A DNA stretch of 63,749 nucleotides, counting the filler, from Licmophora abbreviata (taxonomy: Eukaryota), in the NCBI GenBank assembly GCA_900291995.1. It is 19 parts of 19 records of this genome, joined end to end, with 100 filler letters (N's around TTAATTAATTAA, not from the genome) between each part and the next. Parts side by side here need not be neighbours in the genome. Positions count along the whole stretch, not along the records: positions 1 to 1,753 come from OLMU01000552.1; positions 1,854 to 5,605 come from OLMU01000553.1; positions 5,706 to 10,212 come from OLMU01000554.1; positions 10,313 to 13,099 come from OLMU01000556.1; 15 more parts are not named here. The stretch is one strand, 5' to 3'. Numbering within the stretch: position 1 is the first letter of the stretch; each line of letters begins with the position of its first letter. The notes below the pieces were generated by a model. That model did no database searches. It was not told the DNA's origin and was given only the letters and a program-made list of their open reading frames with translations. The translations under genes and the position numbers were made by a program. Shown here one piece after another: positions 1-12,547 of this stretch.

Positions 1-22
1 GGCTGGCAGTGTCTTTTTTGGA

Positions 23-1390
23 ATGTTACTGGGCGGTCTCCTTGTGGGCACACTTGGAGATTGGGCGGGACGGCGTCCTATGCTGCTAGTCGGACTCGTG
101 TGCAACGCGATTGCTGGTTTGCTAAGTGCCGTCTGTGTTGACGCACTCCAGCTAAGTATCTTGCGAGGCATTGCTGGCATTGGCATCGGGGCGACGGTGC
201 CGCCGCTCTTTACGCTCGTGACGGAGTTGGCGCCTCCCTCGCAGCGAGGCTTTTTCGTCACGGTTGCGGCGAGCTTTTGGATGGTCGGAAGTATCTATGT
301 GGCACTTACTGCATTGTTTGTGTTTGAATACTTTCAACAATCCTGGCGCGTCTTCGCCACGGCGTGTGCGTTGCCGAGTGCCTTGGGAGCGGTCTTGGTA
401 TGGACACTGGTGCCGGAAAGTCCGCGATTCTTGGCACTACAGGGACGCGTGGAAGAAGCCTGCAGCGTTGCCAATCGACTCGCATGGACAATGAACTACG
501 GCGGACCTTCCTTATCCTTGTCGGAATTACACGAGCACTATCCGTCGCGATCGCCGCAGGATGTCGCCGTTTCCAGACCGTACATAGCGTCGTCGTCGTG
601 GACTCGAAGAATCTACTACACCACGTGCGAGGCGTTTTCAGACTTTCTAGTCGGGTCGTCGACGCTCTACACACCATCTCTGCGCTCAACGACGTGGCCG
701 CTTCAGTTGGTGTGGTTCACTCTGAGCTTCGGGTCGTATGGGATTGTGACTTGGATCAACTCGATCTTTGTGGCGGTTCATTTGGAGAATGTATATTGGA
801 ATGCGCTTTTGTTTGCCTTGAGCAACTTACCTGGCAACCTCATTAGTGCCTACGTGATGGACCGTTGTGGCCGTGCTGTGTTGTTGATGGTGAGCTGCTT
901 GTTGGCCGCTTTGTCGCTCTTGTCATTTGCCGGAGCTGCGTGGATAATCAGTCCTTTTGGGATTGTCGCGAGTGCCTGTGCCTTTCAAGCATTTAGCATT
1001 TCAGCTTGGAACACCATCGACTGTATGACATCGGAACTATTTCCCACAACAGTACGAAGTACCGGCATGGGCGTTTGTACCGCCTCGGGTAGGGTCGGGG
1101 CTATGGTGGCACAATTCATCAACGGAATGCTTATGGGAAGTCCGGTATCGCTGCTGCTAGTGGCAAGTGTGTCGTTGGTGTTGGCTGCCATGACGCCGTG
1201 CTTGTTACCAGGTGGAACTGAAATGGCGCAACAACCACTTCAAGACAATGTCGACAGCGGTCATGGAGGTCCGTCCAGCGCTACGACGAACGCCGGAAAA
1301 CACTCTCAAGAAGGGACTAGCGATCGAAGTGCGCTGTATCGAAGGTTAGATCGACCGGTCGACGATGGTGACGAGACGCTCTTGTTGTAG
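23..1390 (+). CDS. Major facilitator superfamily transporter (SV2/organic-cation/sugar-porter-like), 5'-truncated by window start
   Basis: MFS motif A twice (GTLGDWAGRR, MDRCGR), ELAPPSQRG, PESPRFL, ELFPTTVRSTGMG; many hydrophobic helices. Confidence 0.9.
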   Translation: MLLGGLLVGTLGDWAGRRPMLLVGLVCNAIAGLLSAVCVDALQLSILRGIAGIGIGATVPPLFTLVTELAPPSQRGFFVTVAASFWMVGSIYVALTALFVFEYFQQSWRVFATACALPSALGAVLVWTLVPESPRFLALQGRVEEACSVANRLAWTMNYGGPSLSLSELHEHYPSRSPQDVAVSRPYIASSSWTRRIYYTTCEAFSDFLVGSSTLYTPSLRSTTWPLQLVWFTLSFGSYGIVTWINSIFVAVHLENVYWNALLFALSNLPGNLISAYVMDRCGRAVLLMVSCLLAALSLLSFAGAAWIISPFGIVASACAFQAFSISAWNTIDCMTSELFPTTVRSTGMGVCTASGRVGAMVAQFINGMLMGSPVSLLLVASVSLVLAAMTPCLLPGGTEMAQQPLQDNVDSGHGGPSSATTNAGKHSQEGTSDRSALYRRLDRPVDDGDETLLL

Positions 1391-1602
1391 ATATGGATGT
1401 ATGAGATGCACTAAGCTTGTGCCACAGTCAAACTGGAGCAACAATCCTAAATTGACTAGGCGACGAGCATGCCGAGGCGTTCCTAGACTAAAACGTGCAA
1501 GCAAGCATCAAGCTAGCGCACGCCGACACACCGAATGCCATGGATGTTTTCCAACCTAAAGATTGTTAATATTTTGAAATCCGCACACGCTCGTCTCATT
1601 AC

Positions 1603-2516
1603 TCACAGCTCATCGTCACTTTCGTCGAGTTCGTCCAATATGTCTCGTTCGGGATAGTCGCCGACTTGTACATTTCTGCCCCGGACAAAGCCACCATAAC
1701 GCGGCGCCGCCTCAAAGTACCGCTTGGAGCCGCAAGTCCCATCCGTTTTGCCANNNNNNNNNNNNNNNNNNNNNNNNNNNNNNNNNNNNNNNNNNNNTTA
1801 ATTAATTAANNNNNNNNNNNNNNNNNNNNNNNNNNNNNNNNNNNNNNNNNNNNCACGTCGTCGTCACCACCCGTGACAGCTGCAGTATTTGTTCCTTCCT
1901 CTTCTAGTCTCGCTACGTTTCCATTCTGATCGTAGTGGAATCCTTTTGGAAGCTCTAGACCCAGCTTTGCCTGACGCTGCGCCTCGGCGAGTTCCCGATG
2001 CTGCTTGGCGTGCTTGGCAAGCGTAAAGTGTTCGTCGCGCTTCTTTTGTTGTCGCCCCCAGTCTCGCAACGTGTTTGTGCGTTCGTCGTAGTCAGCATCC
2101 GACATGACGTACTTTTGCACAAGCGAAGTGTCTTCGTACTGTCCTCCCTTACTTCCCGAATGCTGGTCCAAGTCGACACAGTGAATCGTCATGCCATGCT
2201 GGAGATTGAAAAATCCTAACTTGTACGTATCGACAGTAGTAGGAGGAAGTTCCTGCACAACGGTACCGTTCTCGATGATCTGCAAGTGCTGAAACTGCCC
2301 TGGGGTTCCTGTAGACTGATGAATCTTGCGTCGCAGGGTGCCGAGTGTGTCGTGGCGATCGAAGCGAATCTCGATGTGTTTTTGGCGCAGATTTGAGTGC
2401 GTTAGATCCAGTAAAAGCGTTGTGGCGTGCAGGTGGTCGTACTGGGTCCCATCCTTGGCTGTCACGTACGATTTCAGTGCCAGCAAGTCGGAATTATTCA
2501 TGATCGTGTCGCTCAT
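1603..2516 (-). CDS. TBCB: Tubulin-folding cofactor B (Ubl + CAP-Gly), interrupted by spacer 1754-1853
   Basis: N-terminal Ubl ending in EDTSLVQKYVMSDADYDERTNTLR; my translation of 1603-1752(-) gives CAP-Gly GKTDGTCGSKRYFEAAPRYGGFVR and acidic tail ...DESDDEL*; start codon uncertain (2516 or nearby ATG). Confidence 0.9.
1754..1853. other. Artificial 100-nt scaffold spacer (N-run, TTAATTAATTAA, N-run); same spacer starts at 5606, 10213, 13100, 15027, 20989, 22780, 26864, 30782, 33871, 36533, 42121, 44634, 47614, 55590, 56988, 59837, 61890
   Basis: Identical structure 18 times; the 12-mer gives stops in all six frames. Confidence 0.99.
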
Positions 2517-2808
2517 CGTGCTCGTCGCCGTGTGGTGTGTGAATGTTGTCATTGTGTTTGTCGGCTGGAATTCGGAATGCAACAGCGGCGCCAATGCGAT
2601 GTGCACGCGGGGACGCAAGACCATCCGATGACTTTGACAAAAACGGATCATAGGTGCGCGAAAGTTATCAGTCTGTCAGCGAGTCGGTATACTCACAAAA
2701 ATGCGACCGCATGACACGACACAACCATGGTGACACGGTCGCATCACTCAATATCGACTGTCCCTCTTGATTTTTCACCTCGTTCGCCTTGCGCTCCAAC
2801 AAACCACC

Positions 2809-3981
2809 ATGTCTTCTTCTTTGATTGAGAAGAAATCGCTGTCGTCCTTTCATTCTGGCGTTCCGAGAATGAAAGGACCGATCCTGACGGGCCTCGCCTC
2901 TCTCACCGTCGTTTACGTAGGCTTCATCTACTTTTTGCGAGATTCGGTAGGTCAGACAGCGATCTAGAAAACTCGTCTGTCGGTTTCCTTCGTTCTCACT
3001 CATGACGTCTTTCATCCAGGGATCCTATCTAACTCCGGCAGACGAGTTTTGTGCAGACCAAGCGTCATCGTCGAAGCCATGCAGTCGCCCCGATCTCTTT
3101 GCCTTTCAAATGTCGTCGTTCCTGTGCATTATTTTCTGCGGAATTACAGGATTCCAAACGTGGCACATCACACGACGTGTGCATACGATACTCCCCGACT
3201 CGCCAGAGGGACGTTTGTTTGGATACTTGCCGGAAAGCGAACAACTTGCTGCGACCAACTTTACATTCCAGTTTTGGGACTTCTGGGTCAGTCTACTGAT
3301 ACCGGAGCACGCTACAATCCTCATGTTATGTCATCATGTCATGGCAGCAGTCGTCAGTTGGTGCTCTCTAGACAACCAAGTGAGTACTTTAGTAGTGTCG
3401 TGTGGTGTGATGCGCTTCGACTTGCGCGAAGTGTTGTACATTTCTCAGTTGTGTGGCTGATGCGTGTCGGTCTTGTAGTACCTCCACTACTACGGAGGTG
3501 AGTCGAGTCGAGTCGAGTCAAGCGTGGTGCTTCAGTTCCCGTCTATTTTTGCGTCGAATCATCCTCTCACATTACCACTTCATCGCATGCTTTATCACAA
3601 CCGCTGTTAGTTTTCTTTCTTGGACTCTCGGAATTTAGCAGCATCTTTCTCGTTTTTATCGATCTCGCCAAGTACTTTCCTCCCACTCCTGGAACAGCAT
3701 TCGACTTTTGGGTGGGTGCCATTTGCGGACCAATCTTTGCCGTGACTTTCTTTTGGTATCGTGTGGTCTTGTGGTGGAAAGTCAGTTATCAACTTTGGAG
3801 CGATGCAATCTACGTCATTCGAACTGGTGTTGCGGAGAAGCTACGGCCAGGACGATCCTTTGTCTTGTACATCTTCTTAGTTCTCAATCTGCCGCTGGGA
3901 ATATTGCAGCTTTATTGGTTTGGATTTATAGTGGGTGAAGTACAAAAGGTCGTACTTGGACAGAATGAAGCGGAATTGTGA
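2809..3981 (+). CDS. TLC (TRAM/LAG1/CLN8)-domain membrane protein, TMEM56-like; 4 exons 2809-2946, 3020-3379, 3479-3497, 3611-3981
   Basis: Spliced reading gives FQFWDF, MLCHH, YLHYYGVFFLGLSEFSSIFL, FAVTFFWYR, LQLYWF; all three introns GT-AG and frame-consistent. Confidence 0.85.
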
Positions 3982-4937
3982 TGACGAGTTTATTGGTTGA
4001 AGTACGACGATGCCGAGATGTATTACATGGATGAAAGAAAGCTAGCTAACTAACTTTGGGTCAATTACGAAGCAACCTTGACACTGTTGTATTGAGATGT
4101 TCCTTGTTTAGCTCTTTCTCAATGAGACACGTCCCTCTGATGATTCTAGCCACTCTAGTCCACCAACGACCCGGTGTTGATTGCACGGTGATCGGCTTCC
4201 TTCAGAGAAACTCCCCGATTCGCGCGACCCGCCGCGCGCCTTATACCACACACAGGCGAAACGTCAACACTTCAATTCGAAGACACAGACATCGCAATCA
4301 TTGAACGTGGCTCACTGGATTGCGACGCCGGAAAGAACGATCAAGTAAGACTGCGACTAGTATCCAGGTAAGTGATATGAAGCGTTTATAGATTGAATTG
4401 CAGCGGCGAGAAGCTTTTTTTGGCGGGAAAAGCGCGTCTTTGTCGTTCGGAACTTTCGTGAGAATAAATCGCAGGAGGAAGCTTCTTTTTGACTTGCCAA
4501 AGGACGGCTCTGACGACACGGCCTCTCCATTGGCGAGTGCATCGTTTCTTAAATCCTCTCACACCATGCACAGTGCCCCCTCGCATGGAGTTACGGATGC
4601 GCCCGGCTTGGGAATCGGAGCCGTCGCTGACATTCAATATCTGATATCATACATACCGTGATTTCACAGCGGACCTTGCAATACGGAATACCTCCGAAAT
4701 GGCTTCTCATATTTCTTATTCCTATGAAAATTCTCTACTCCAACTGCAGGAAGACTCGTTCCGAATTCTCGGTTCTCATCGCTCATCGTCCTGAATGACA
4801 TCGTCGCGAGTCAGTGCACGTCAAAATCTCGTCAGTCGGGGTAAAGACCACAACTCACAAGAAGGAAACGAAGAAAGATCTACCCTAGACCTACGTTGGA
4901 TTCATAGCGTAGAAGGCTTGCTGCTATCGAAAGAACC

Positions 4938-7482
4938 ATGACGGCGCCTGCCTTGTCGATTGCCGTCAAGACGGTGGGTCGCCGACAGCAGCCTGGGCAT
5001 GAGGCGGATCCGCTGTCTGATTTCACTCTCACGGTCTCTCCAGACGACGACCTCAAGTCACTGCATCAGGAGATTGAAACTGTCACCGGACTCAAGGCTT
5101 CGCAGCAACGATTGATTTACCGCGGTCGAATAATCAGCACCGGCAGCAAGGTGGATGTGGAGGAGCAACGACACGGCGAGCAATCCAAGAAGCGAGCTCG
5201 CATTCGCGACGTCGTGGGACTCGGAGATGGGCACACGATCCACCTCGTGCCTCGATCGTCTGCCGATACTACACAAGAAGAAACACCAGAGTCTGCGGCG
5301 CTTTCAAACGAGATCGAGCATCCGACGACTGACGACTCCGGCGATGCAAACACCTCCGCTCTCACTGTGTCAATCTTGGCCGCGCTCTTGGGACTATCCG
5401 GAGATGACGGCGACGGCGATGAAGAGGATCAAGCGTCTCGATCTCAACGAAGAAGAAGCGCTCGACGCAGTCGATATCGAATGAACCGTCATCGTCTCAC
5501 TTCCGAAGATCTTGTCGTTCCTGACCCCGGCTCATTGGAACCTGTCCGGCAAGGCCTTATGACTCTTCACACCATGCTCGGTGCTCAACTCGCTCCACCC
5601 AATTCNNNNNNNNNNNNNNNNNNNNNNNNNNNNNNNNNNNNNNNNNNNNTTAATTAATTAANNNNNNNNNNNNNNNNNNNNNNNNNNNNNNNNNNNNNNN
5701 NNNNNCGCTCCACCCAATTCACCATTTGATTCGAATCGTCAATTCTACCGAGGACAGTGGATTGACTGCCGAGATACAGTGAATCAATGGCTCGAAGCAA
5801 CCATTGTCGAAATCGCGCTGCCAGAGGAAATACTCTCCGATCGCATGCGCTTTCAACGTCGGACTTCCGAGGCTCCTTTTCTGCGACCTACAATGGACCC
5901 TCCTGTCGCCGCCACTGACCTAGAGAATCGACAGAGACTTTTACTTGAGCCTAATTCGGAAGGCGGTGAACAGGAACGTGAAAACAATGACACTGTGAAA
6001 CTCTTATTGATTCATTACAATGGATGGGCGAGACGGTGGGACGAATGGATTCGCAGCGACTCGGAGCGGATACGGCCTTTTCGAACTCGGACGACACACG
6101 CTGGAAGCGGAGCGTTGCCAGCGATCGAGAGCTCGTTCGAGAATGCTCCGTCGACATGTATTCGAGGAGAGGATGTTGCAGTCGATCGGGCAGCATTGAT
6201 TCCCGAATTGGCGCGAGTGTTGTCCGTCTTTGGCAACCAAGTCGCCAGTGCCGCATCGATGCCCTCGCCGGATGAAGATATCCACACGGGCATCGAGACA
6301 TTGGATGCATCGCATCTGCCGTGGCTTTCTGATAGAAACAGTGCGGAGGAGAACAACATATCTGTGAGGACGGACTCGTCGTCATTGCGTCTTCCAGCTC
6401 TTAGCCGGCGACAGCTTGAGAGACTTGCCCCTCTCATGGATCGACTTGGCCGCACATTGACAGAAGCAGCGCCCCATGTTGCCTCCCTTGCTTCGACACT
6501 TCCGGAGGAAGCGAATCCCGAGGTGGGGCGCGACAGAGCATCTCGTAGTTCCGCTGATGCTTCGGAGGACGTGAGCCGGACTGCACCTGACGAGCAAGCT
6601 GTCATGCAGTCCGCGCCCAGCAGTGGGTTCTTTTCTTCATTGCTGTTGCGCCGATCAAGTGCGCGCGCGTCGACTGAGAGCGCTAGGGCGGATGTATCTG
6701 CTCAGGAAGAGCCAAACGACGACGCTTTCGAGCCCGATTTCGTCGACTTTGTGACCAGCGCAACCAATACGTCGCACAGTCGCGTAAGCCGGCGTCGTTC
6801 TGATGACGGAGTAACTGCTGGGCTGCTTGGTGCATATTTGGCGGCATCAAGCTTGAACAGTCCGTCAGAAGGAGAAAACACGGAGAGAAATGAGGAAGAA
6901 GATGGTGATGGTCCCAGCAGTCTATCAGGCCTCGGCCGGTTGCTTCGACAAGGTGGGAACGGCAACAACGGCGGCGGGGGCGGAATTGACATTCATATCC
7001 ATGCTATTGTAACTGGACCGGGAGTCGGACCTGGAGCACTCGCGATGGAGGGGGCGCCCGCAGCGAATGACACCACTCGTGCTACGATCTCTGGCGCATC
7101 AAGCCGTTCGCCCATCCGGGCAAGACGTACTTCGCGAAGCCGAAGCGCTATCGAAGCACCCGTTGAAGAGAATGATGATATCTTTGATGAACTCTATTCT
7201 GAGAACCCGACTCCCCTTGACCCTCGTGGAGACTCACAGGGCGTCCATCATGACGTTCGCCCGTCTTCTGAGTTACCAACGTTGGATGAGAATAGCGAGA
7301 ATCGTATCGTTTCTGATCCATCTCGGTACCTTCTGCCGCCGGTGTCAGACTCTTTGCTTTCTACTTCCGGCAATGTATCCGAGCTTAGTGCTAGTAGACG
7401 GCGCAGAGGACGAATCCTTGGCCGCGTGTTTCGCAGAACGAGTTCCCGTCGCTCAAACCCAGAAGATCGTATTGAACGATGA
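4938..7482 (+). CDS. Ubiquitin-like domain protein with Tudor-knot/chromo-barrel-like module and long disordered tail (one ORF once the 15-nt overlap across spacer 5606-5705 is collapsed)
   Basis: QQRLIYRGR...DGHTIHLV (Ubl); GQWIDCRDTVNQWLEATI and LLIHYNGWARRWDEWIRSDSERIRP (Royal-family-like). Confidence 0.75.
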
Positions 7483-8376
7483 GGCACCGATGACTAGAAA
7501 GCATAATTTGCTTGTATAGTGCCGATACTACAACTCATCGGACAGGCGGAGACTTTTCGCTAGTTATCCTAACGAGGCCGACGTGCAAATTTATACCAAC
7601 ATATCGTTACTGAGCTACTGGTAGGTACTCATTTATCTTCCGAAGAAGCCATAAAATTACCTGCCCCATACAAGGAGAATACTAGCAACCGCCATGCGGC
7701 CACATTGCACCCACACAGTCATTGCTGCTGTTATCGTACCGGTATGCATACCTGTATCGGTACAGTGAAGTGTATGGCACCTCTTGTCGCATGCGGACGG
7801 CTCGTCTGTCGTGCCATCAGCCGGTTCTAGTCCTTCAATACGTGTCAGAAAGAAAGTGGGATCAGACGCATCACTACGCGATGAGAGTCAGGATCAGGCG
7901 GGACTTGCATATGCCGCGAGACATTGCACAGTATGGCGCGAGCATTGGCGGGAAGCTAGCAAGGTCGTGATCCAAGCTGATCAGTCACGGGTGACAGGCA
8001 ATGTCCCGCGCGACAAGTGTAATCGTGGGCATCTCATATCATTTAACTCTCTTCCGATTACTTAACATATTGATACGTTTCAATTGTCTTGGAGAGCACC
8101 TGTAAGCCAATGAAAATCGAGAAAATGTCAGGGAATGAGCACGCGACTCGTAGAGCGCCCTGGTTAATAGACATAAATCAAGGATCGTATGATCTAAATA
8201 ATGACGCGTCGCATAATTGTGAATCGCGCAATCATGGTGCCTCGTACCACGCGCGACTGATGGGGGGCGGAGGCTTCCCTCTTCACACGCTCACATATTG
8301 TTTCGTTTCAACAGGTTGAACTGTACGACACCGCACTGGAGCTTCGTTCATCTCGTGCAGCAATATTCAAGTGAAA

Positions 8377-11350
8377 ATGCGTTTATCTGTTGCTCTCAGC
8401 TCAATCGTTGCGATCTTGGTCGTCAGCAACGCTGATGGCGCACGTGAGGGACTCCTCCGCAAGCTTGCCGGGCTCTTCACCGATGGACGAGGAAGTGTTC
8501 AGGTACGAGGAAGATCGTGACAATTCATGGAGAAGGCTAATCAGGATATCAATGCTCACTGATGCTGCTGTGACTGCTTTTACATTTGCTCACTTCCAGG
8601 GCCTTGAGCGACACCTGACGTACTATGACACTCCTTCGCCAACCCCTGCAAAACCAGTGCCTGTCAAACCGACACCCGCTCCGTTCATGCAGACGTCGCC
8701 CCCAGCTTCCTGCGCTTCGACTCCGGTCTGTATTGACTTTGAAGTCACTCCCGATGGCAAATCCATCGACAATGGGGCCTACGTGAGCAAAGAATGGTAC
8801 GCCAGCTACGGACTGACCATCGTTGCTAGCTCGACGGACGGTGGCTTCACTCCTAGTGGCATGGCCCGTATCTTCGATACTGCGCTCTACGATACTGAAG
8901 ACACCGACCTTGGAGCACCCAATCAGTACTGTCCGATTGCCGGTCCCGGCACGGGAGATGGAGGAAAGCCTGGCATGCCTGGAGAGAACTGCGAGCCCCA
9001 GGGAAATGTTCTGATCATTCAGGAAAGCGATAAGATGGAACCCGACGACAACGCATATGGAGGCAGTATCGAGTTCATTTTCAAGCATCCTGTCGAGCAG
9101 TTACTGTCCATGGGATTGATGGACATCGACAACCTCGAGACAGACTACTTTGAGATTCTGGTTGGCGACATGCTATCGAAACAGAAGATTGTGGGTCTCG
9201 GCGACAACTCAGTTCAAACTGAAACATTTTACAAGTCCAATGTGAACAGCCTCAAGGTTGTGGCCTCCAACTCTCTTGCTATCCGTGATCTCTGCTTCTG
9301 CCCAGGTAGCGGTGCTCCTGATGCAACACCAGCGCCTACGCTGCATCCGATGACACCAGCACCAACCCCAAAGGCTACTCCTGCGCCAGTCCCCGCAACG
9401 CCAGCACCGACTGTGCCGGCGGAACCTCTTCCGACCATCACCGTAACCTACACTGCTGTGCCTTCGACCATTAGTGAGCCCGGCGCCATTGTCACCTACA
9501 CTGTCAGTATCAAGAATACTTCCGGTCCATCCGATACTGTCACTATTGGTACCATCATTACGGACTCCTTCGGAGACTTGAACGGCCAAGGCAGTTGCTC
9601 GGTACCACAGAAAATAGCCCCTGGTGGCGAGTACACGTGCTCGTTTACGAAGCAAATTACGGGTAACGCAGGGGAGGTGAAGCCGAGCATTCTTATTGTA
9701 ACAGGGGTGGACGAAGAAGGTACCGCTGTCACTGGAAGTGACACCACTAGCGTTTCAATCATCAAAGATAACACGCCTCCGGCCCCTACTCTAAGGCCGA
9801 CACTTCCACCTACCGGTGCGCCCATCCCGGCAACACCGAGTCCAACATCAAAGGCGACTCCAGCACCAACGGCCAAGGCTACTCTAAAGCCGACTTCTGC
9901 TCCTACTCCCACCCCGGCTACATCGAGCCCAACTGTAAAACCCTCACCAGCCCCTGCCGCGAAAGCCACTCCAGCACCAACTGCCACGGCCACTACGAAG
10001 CCAACTTCTTCACCTACTCCCATTCCGGCTACACCAAGCCCAACTGTAAAAGCCTCACCAGCCCCTACAGCGAAAGCCACTCCAGCACCAACGGCCAAGG
10101 CTACTCCAAAGCCGACTTCTGCTCCTACTCCCATTCCGGCTACACCAAGCCCAACTGTAAAAGCCTCACCAGCCCCCACAGCGAAAGCTACCCCCATCCC
10201 TGCTACGCCGAANNNNNNNNNNNNNNNNNNNNNNNNNNNNNNNNNNNNNNNNNNNNTTAATTAATTAANNNNNNNNNNNNNNNNNNNNNNNNNNNNNNNN
10301 NNNNNNNNNNNNACACCGGCACCCACTTCAAGTCCAACTCCGGCGCCGACCCGCAGCCCGACGAGTGCACCGACCCCCGTACCCACGTCTGAGCCAACCA
10401 AAGCAACTCCTATGCCGACCCGTAGCCCAACACCAGCCCCAACACCCAACCCAACACCTGTACCAACTGCAAGCCCAACGCCAGTGCCTACCCCGGCACC
10501 AACTCCCTCGCCAACGCCATCTCCCACCGACTCTCCAACACCCTCGCCAACGGTGGAGCCGCCCACGTCCTTCCCTCCAGGTACCTGTTCGTCAACGCCA
10601 GTCTGCCTTAACTTCGATTCGATTCCTGAAGGAAAGGCGCTTGTTCATGGCGACTACGTCAGCACCGAGTGGGAGTCTGCGTATGGCATGACCATTACCG
10701 CTGAGTCGACGGACGGTGGATTCACGCCCGACGGAAAGGTCCGCATCTTCGATACGTCTCTGTTCGACACAGAGGACCCTGATCTTGGCGCACCAAACAA
10801 GTACTGCCCGAACTCAGGCCCAGGAGTTGGCGAGGGTGGAAAGCCCAATATGCCAGGCGAGAACTGCGAGCCGCAGGGTAACGTGCTGATCATCCAGGAA
10901 ACTGACAAGTTGGAGCCTGACGACAACGCTTACGGAGGAAGCATTACGTTCGACTTCTCTTGCCCGGTGGAGAAGCTGCTTACAATGGGCGTTATGGATA
11001 TTGATGTTGGAGAGACAGACTATTTCGAGGTCAGGCAAGGAGATGCAATTTCTCTCCAGATGATCAGCGGACTTGGAGACAACTCCATCCAGACGGAGAC
11101 CTTCAATAAACCGTCGGTCGACAGTGTCAAAATTGTGGTGTCCAACTCTCTTGGTCTCCGCGACATTTGTTTCTGTCCTGGCAGCTGCGGTCCCACCCCG
11201 GTTCCTGGTACCAAGCCCGCGCCCAAGCCAGATGCCACGCCTGCCCCCACGCCTAGCCCCAAGCCTGCTCCGAAGCCTGGCCCCAAGCCCACTCCGAAGC
11301 CTGGAATGAGAAGTCTTTCTGGATCCGTCCGTGGTTTTGTCGGTTGGTAG
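8377..11350 (+). CDS. Secreted modular Pro/Thr-rich protein A: signal peptide, Cys-domain (8711-9307), Ig-like DUF11-type repeat (~9427-9765), PT repeats, Cys-domain (10586-11188), PK tail; intron 8503-8599; spacer 10213-10312
   Basis: Exon 1 translates [42 protein letters not shown] (42 codons, GT donor) and joins in phase 0 to ORF 8390; paralogous to the gene at 14059. Confidence 0.85.
9780..10560 (+). repeat. Coding Pro/Thr/Ala/Lys low-complexity tandem repeats (e.g. [21 protein letters not shown]), broken by an assembly spacer
   Basis: Near-identical nucleotide blocks around 10020-10090 and 10130-10190. Confidence 0.85.
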
Positions 11351-11664
11351 ATTTGACCGAGTAGCGCATGGATCATTGATTGCCTTACCTTTACATGTTA
11401 TGATCGGCGTCAACGTAGTGCATAATGAAAGTAATCGAAGAGACACGACGCCGACGACCACAAGAATTTCGTTTTCGAGAGAGGTTCTACTGTTAGAGCT
11501 AGTATTGTTTGTGGCTTCCTCAAACACATGTAACCCTCCTACGAGTAGCTTCGATGCATTCAGTCGTCCCATTGATTTCCTGTCATCATCACTGGACCCA
11601 AATAGAGTTGTTCTCGTTGTTGCTGTTGTTTTCAACCACCTAATAAAATACTAGAACTATCTCT

Positions 11665-11868
11665 TTACTTCATTCGCTCCGCATTCGAGTTGGGTCCCAC
11701 TCGCTTGCCACCCATACCCGTCACAACATTGACATAGCGACGATTGTATTGAAGACGCTTCTTGGCGCGGCCGCGGGGCTGCTTCTTCTTGTCTTCCTGC
11801 GCTTCCACCTTTGGTGTCTGACCCTTTACTTTACCGGCGCGAGCGAGCGAGCCGTGAACCTTTCCCAT
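11665..11868 (-). CDS. RPS30: 40S ribosomal protein S30 (eS30), no Ubl fusion
   Basis: [21 protein letters not shown]...[16 protein letters not shown]...GPNSN. Confidence 0.97.
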   Translation of the reverse strand: MGKVHGSLARAGKVKGQTPKVEAQEDKKKQPRGRAKKRLQYNRRYVNVVTGMGGKRVGPNSNAERMK

Positions 11869-12547
11869 GACGTGTGATGCGAAACTTCAATAATAAAATC
11901 TGCGAGTTTGTTTGGAACAGGAAAATAGGAATTCGTGAGTTTTCAGGAACATACATTGAACAAGCGGATGGATGGATCGAACACCGACAACAGCAAGCCT
12001 TCGATCACTACGCGAAGGTTTCTCGAAAGAAAAGTAAGAGTAGGTTGGAATCATACGCGGAGAGAAACTGCCGAAATGAATGAACCGCGCCATGGTTCTC
12101 CTTCCTCGTCGCGGTCCCCCACCAGGAACCCAGAACCTATTCTCGATATAGCAGCAGCAATCATTCGTTCCTGTCTCTTTTTCCATTTGCTCGCGCTTTC
12201 CATCCTCTTCTATCTCTATAGCATCCATGATGACAGTCATCTTGTATCTATGCCATGGTCGAGTCGCATACGGCCGTCTCGTGCTCACCTTGGTGATGTT
12301 GTGTCGCGGTGTGTGGCTGCAGTGCGGCGGTCCTACGTCCCACGTAGGAATGTACACAACCTACTAGTAACGCGGTATGATAGTCAGTTAACGAGGCCGG
12401 CGTAGCGGTGTCACGCGAGCACTCGCGCGCGCTTTCAGACTGCGCTCTGATCCCGACTGCGTCGATACATCTCATTCGAAGTCACACAGCCACTCGTCGC
12501 AGACCAGCTTGCTGCTTGCTGGGGACTCGTGGAGACATAACACGGCA

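Noticed and set aside
1798..1809. TTAATTAATTAA recurring 18 times like a dispersed repeat or array
   Set aside because: Always centred in an identical N spacer; artificial six-frame stop linker
8390..8599. ORF-track N-termini of genes A and B (8390, 14216) and similar extensions (23311, 24100, 36004, 37562, 54101)
   Set aside because: They run through introns or UTRs; spliced models give signal peptides and conserved motifs
8990..9005. Collagen-like reading of GKPGMPGE in the Cys-domain
   Set aside because: Only about three Gly-X-Y triplets inside a Cys-bounded loop; too short for a triple helix
11665..11868. eS30 lacking the FUBI ubiquitin-like fusion
   Set aside because: Unfused eS30 is the normal state in many non-animal eukaryotes
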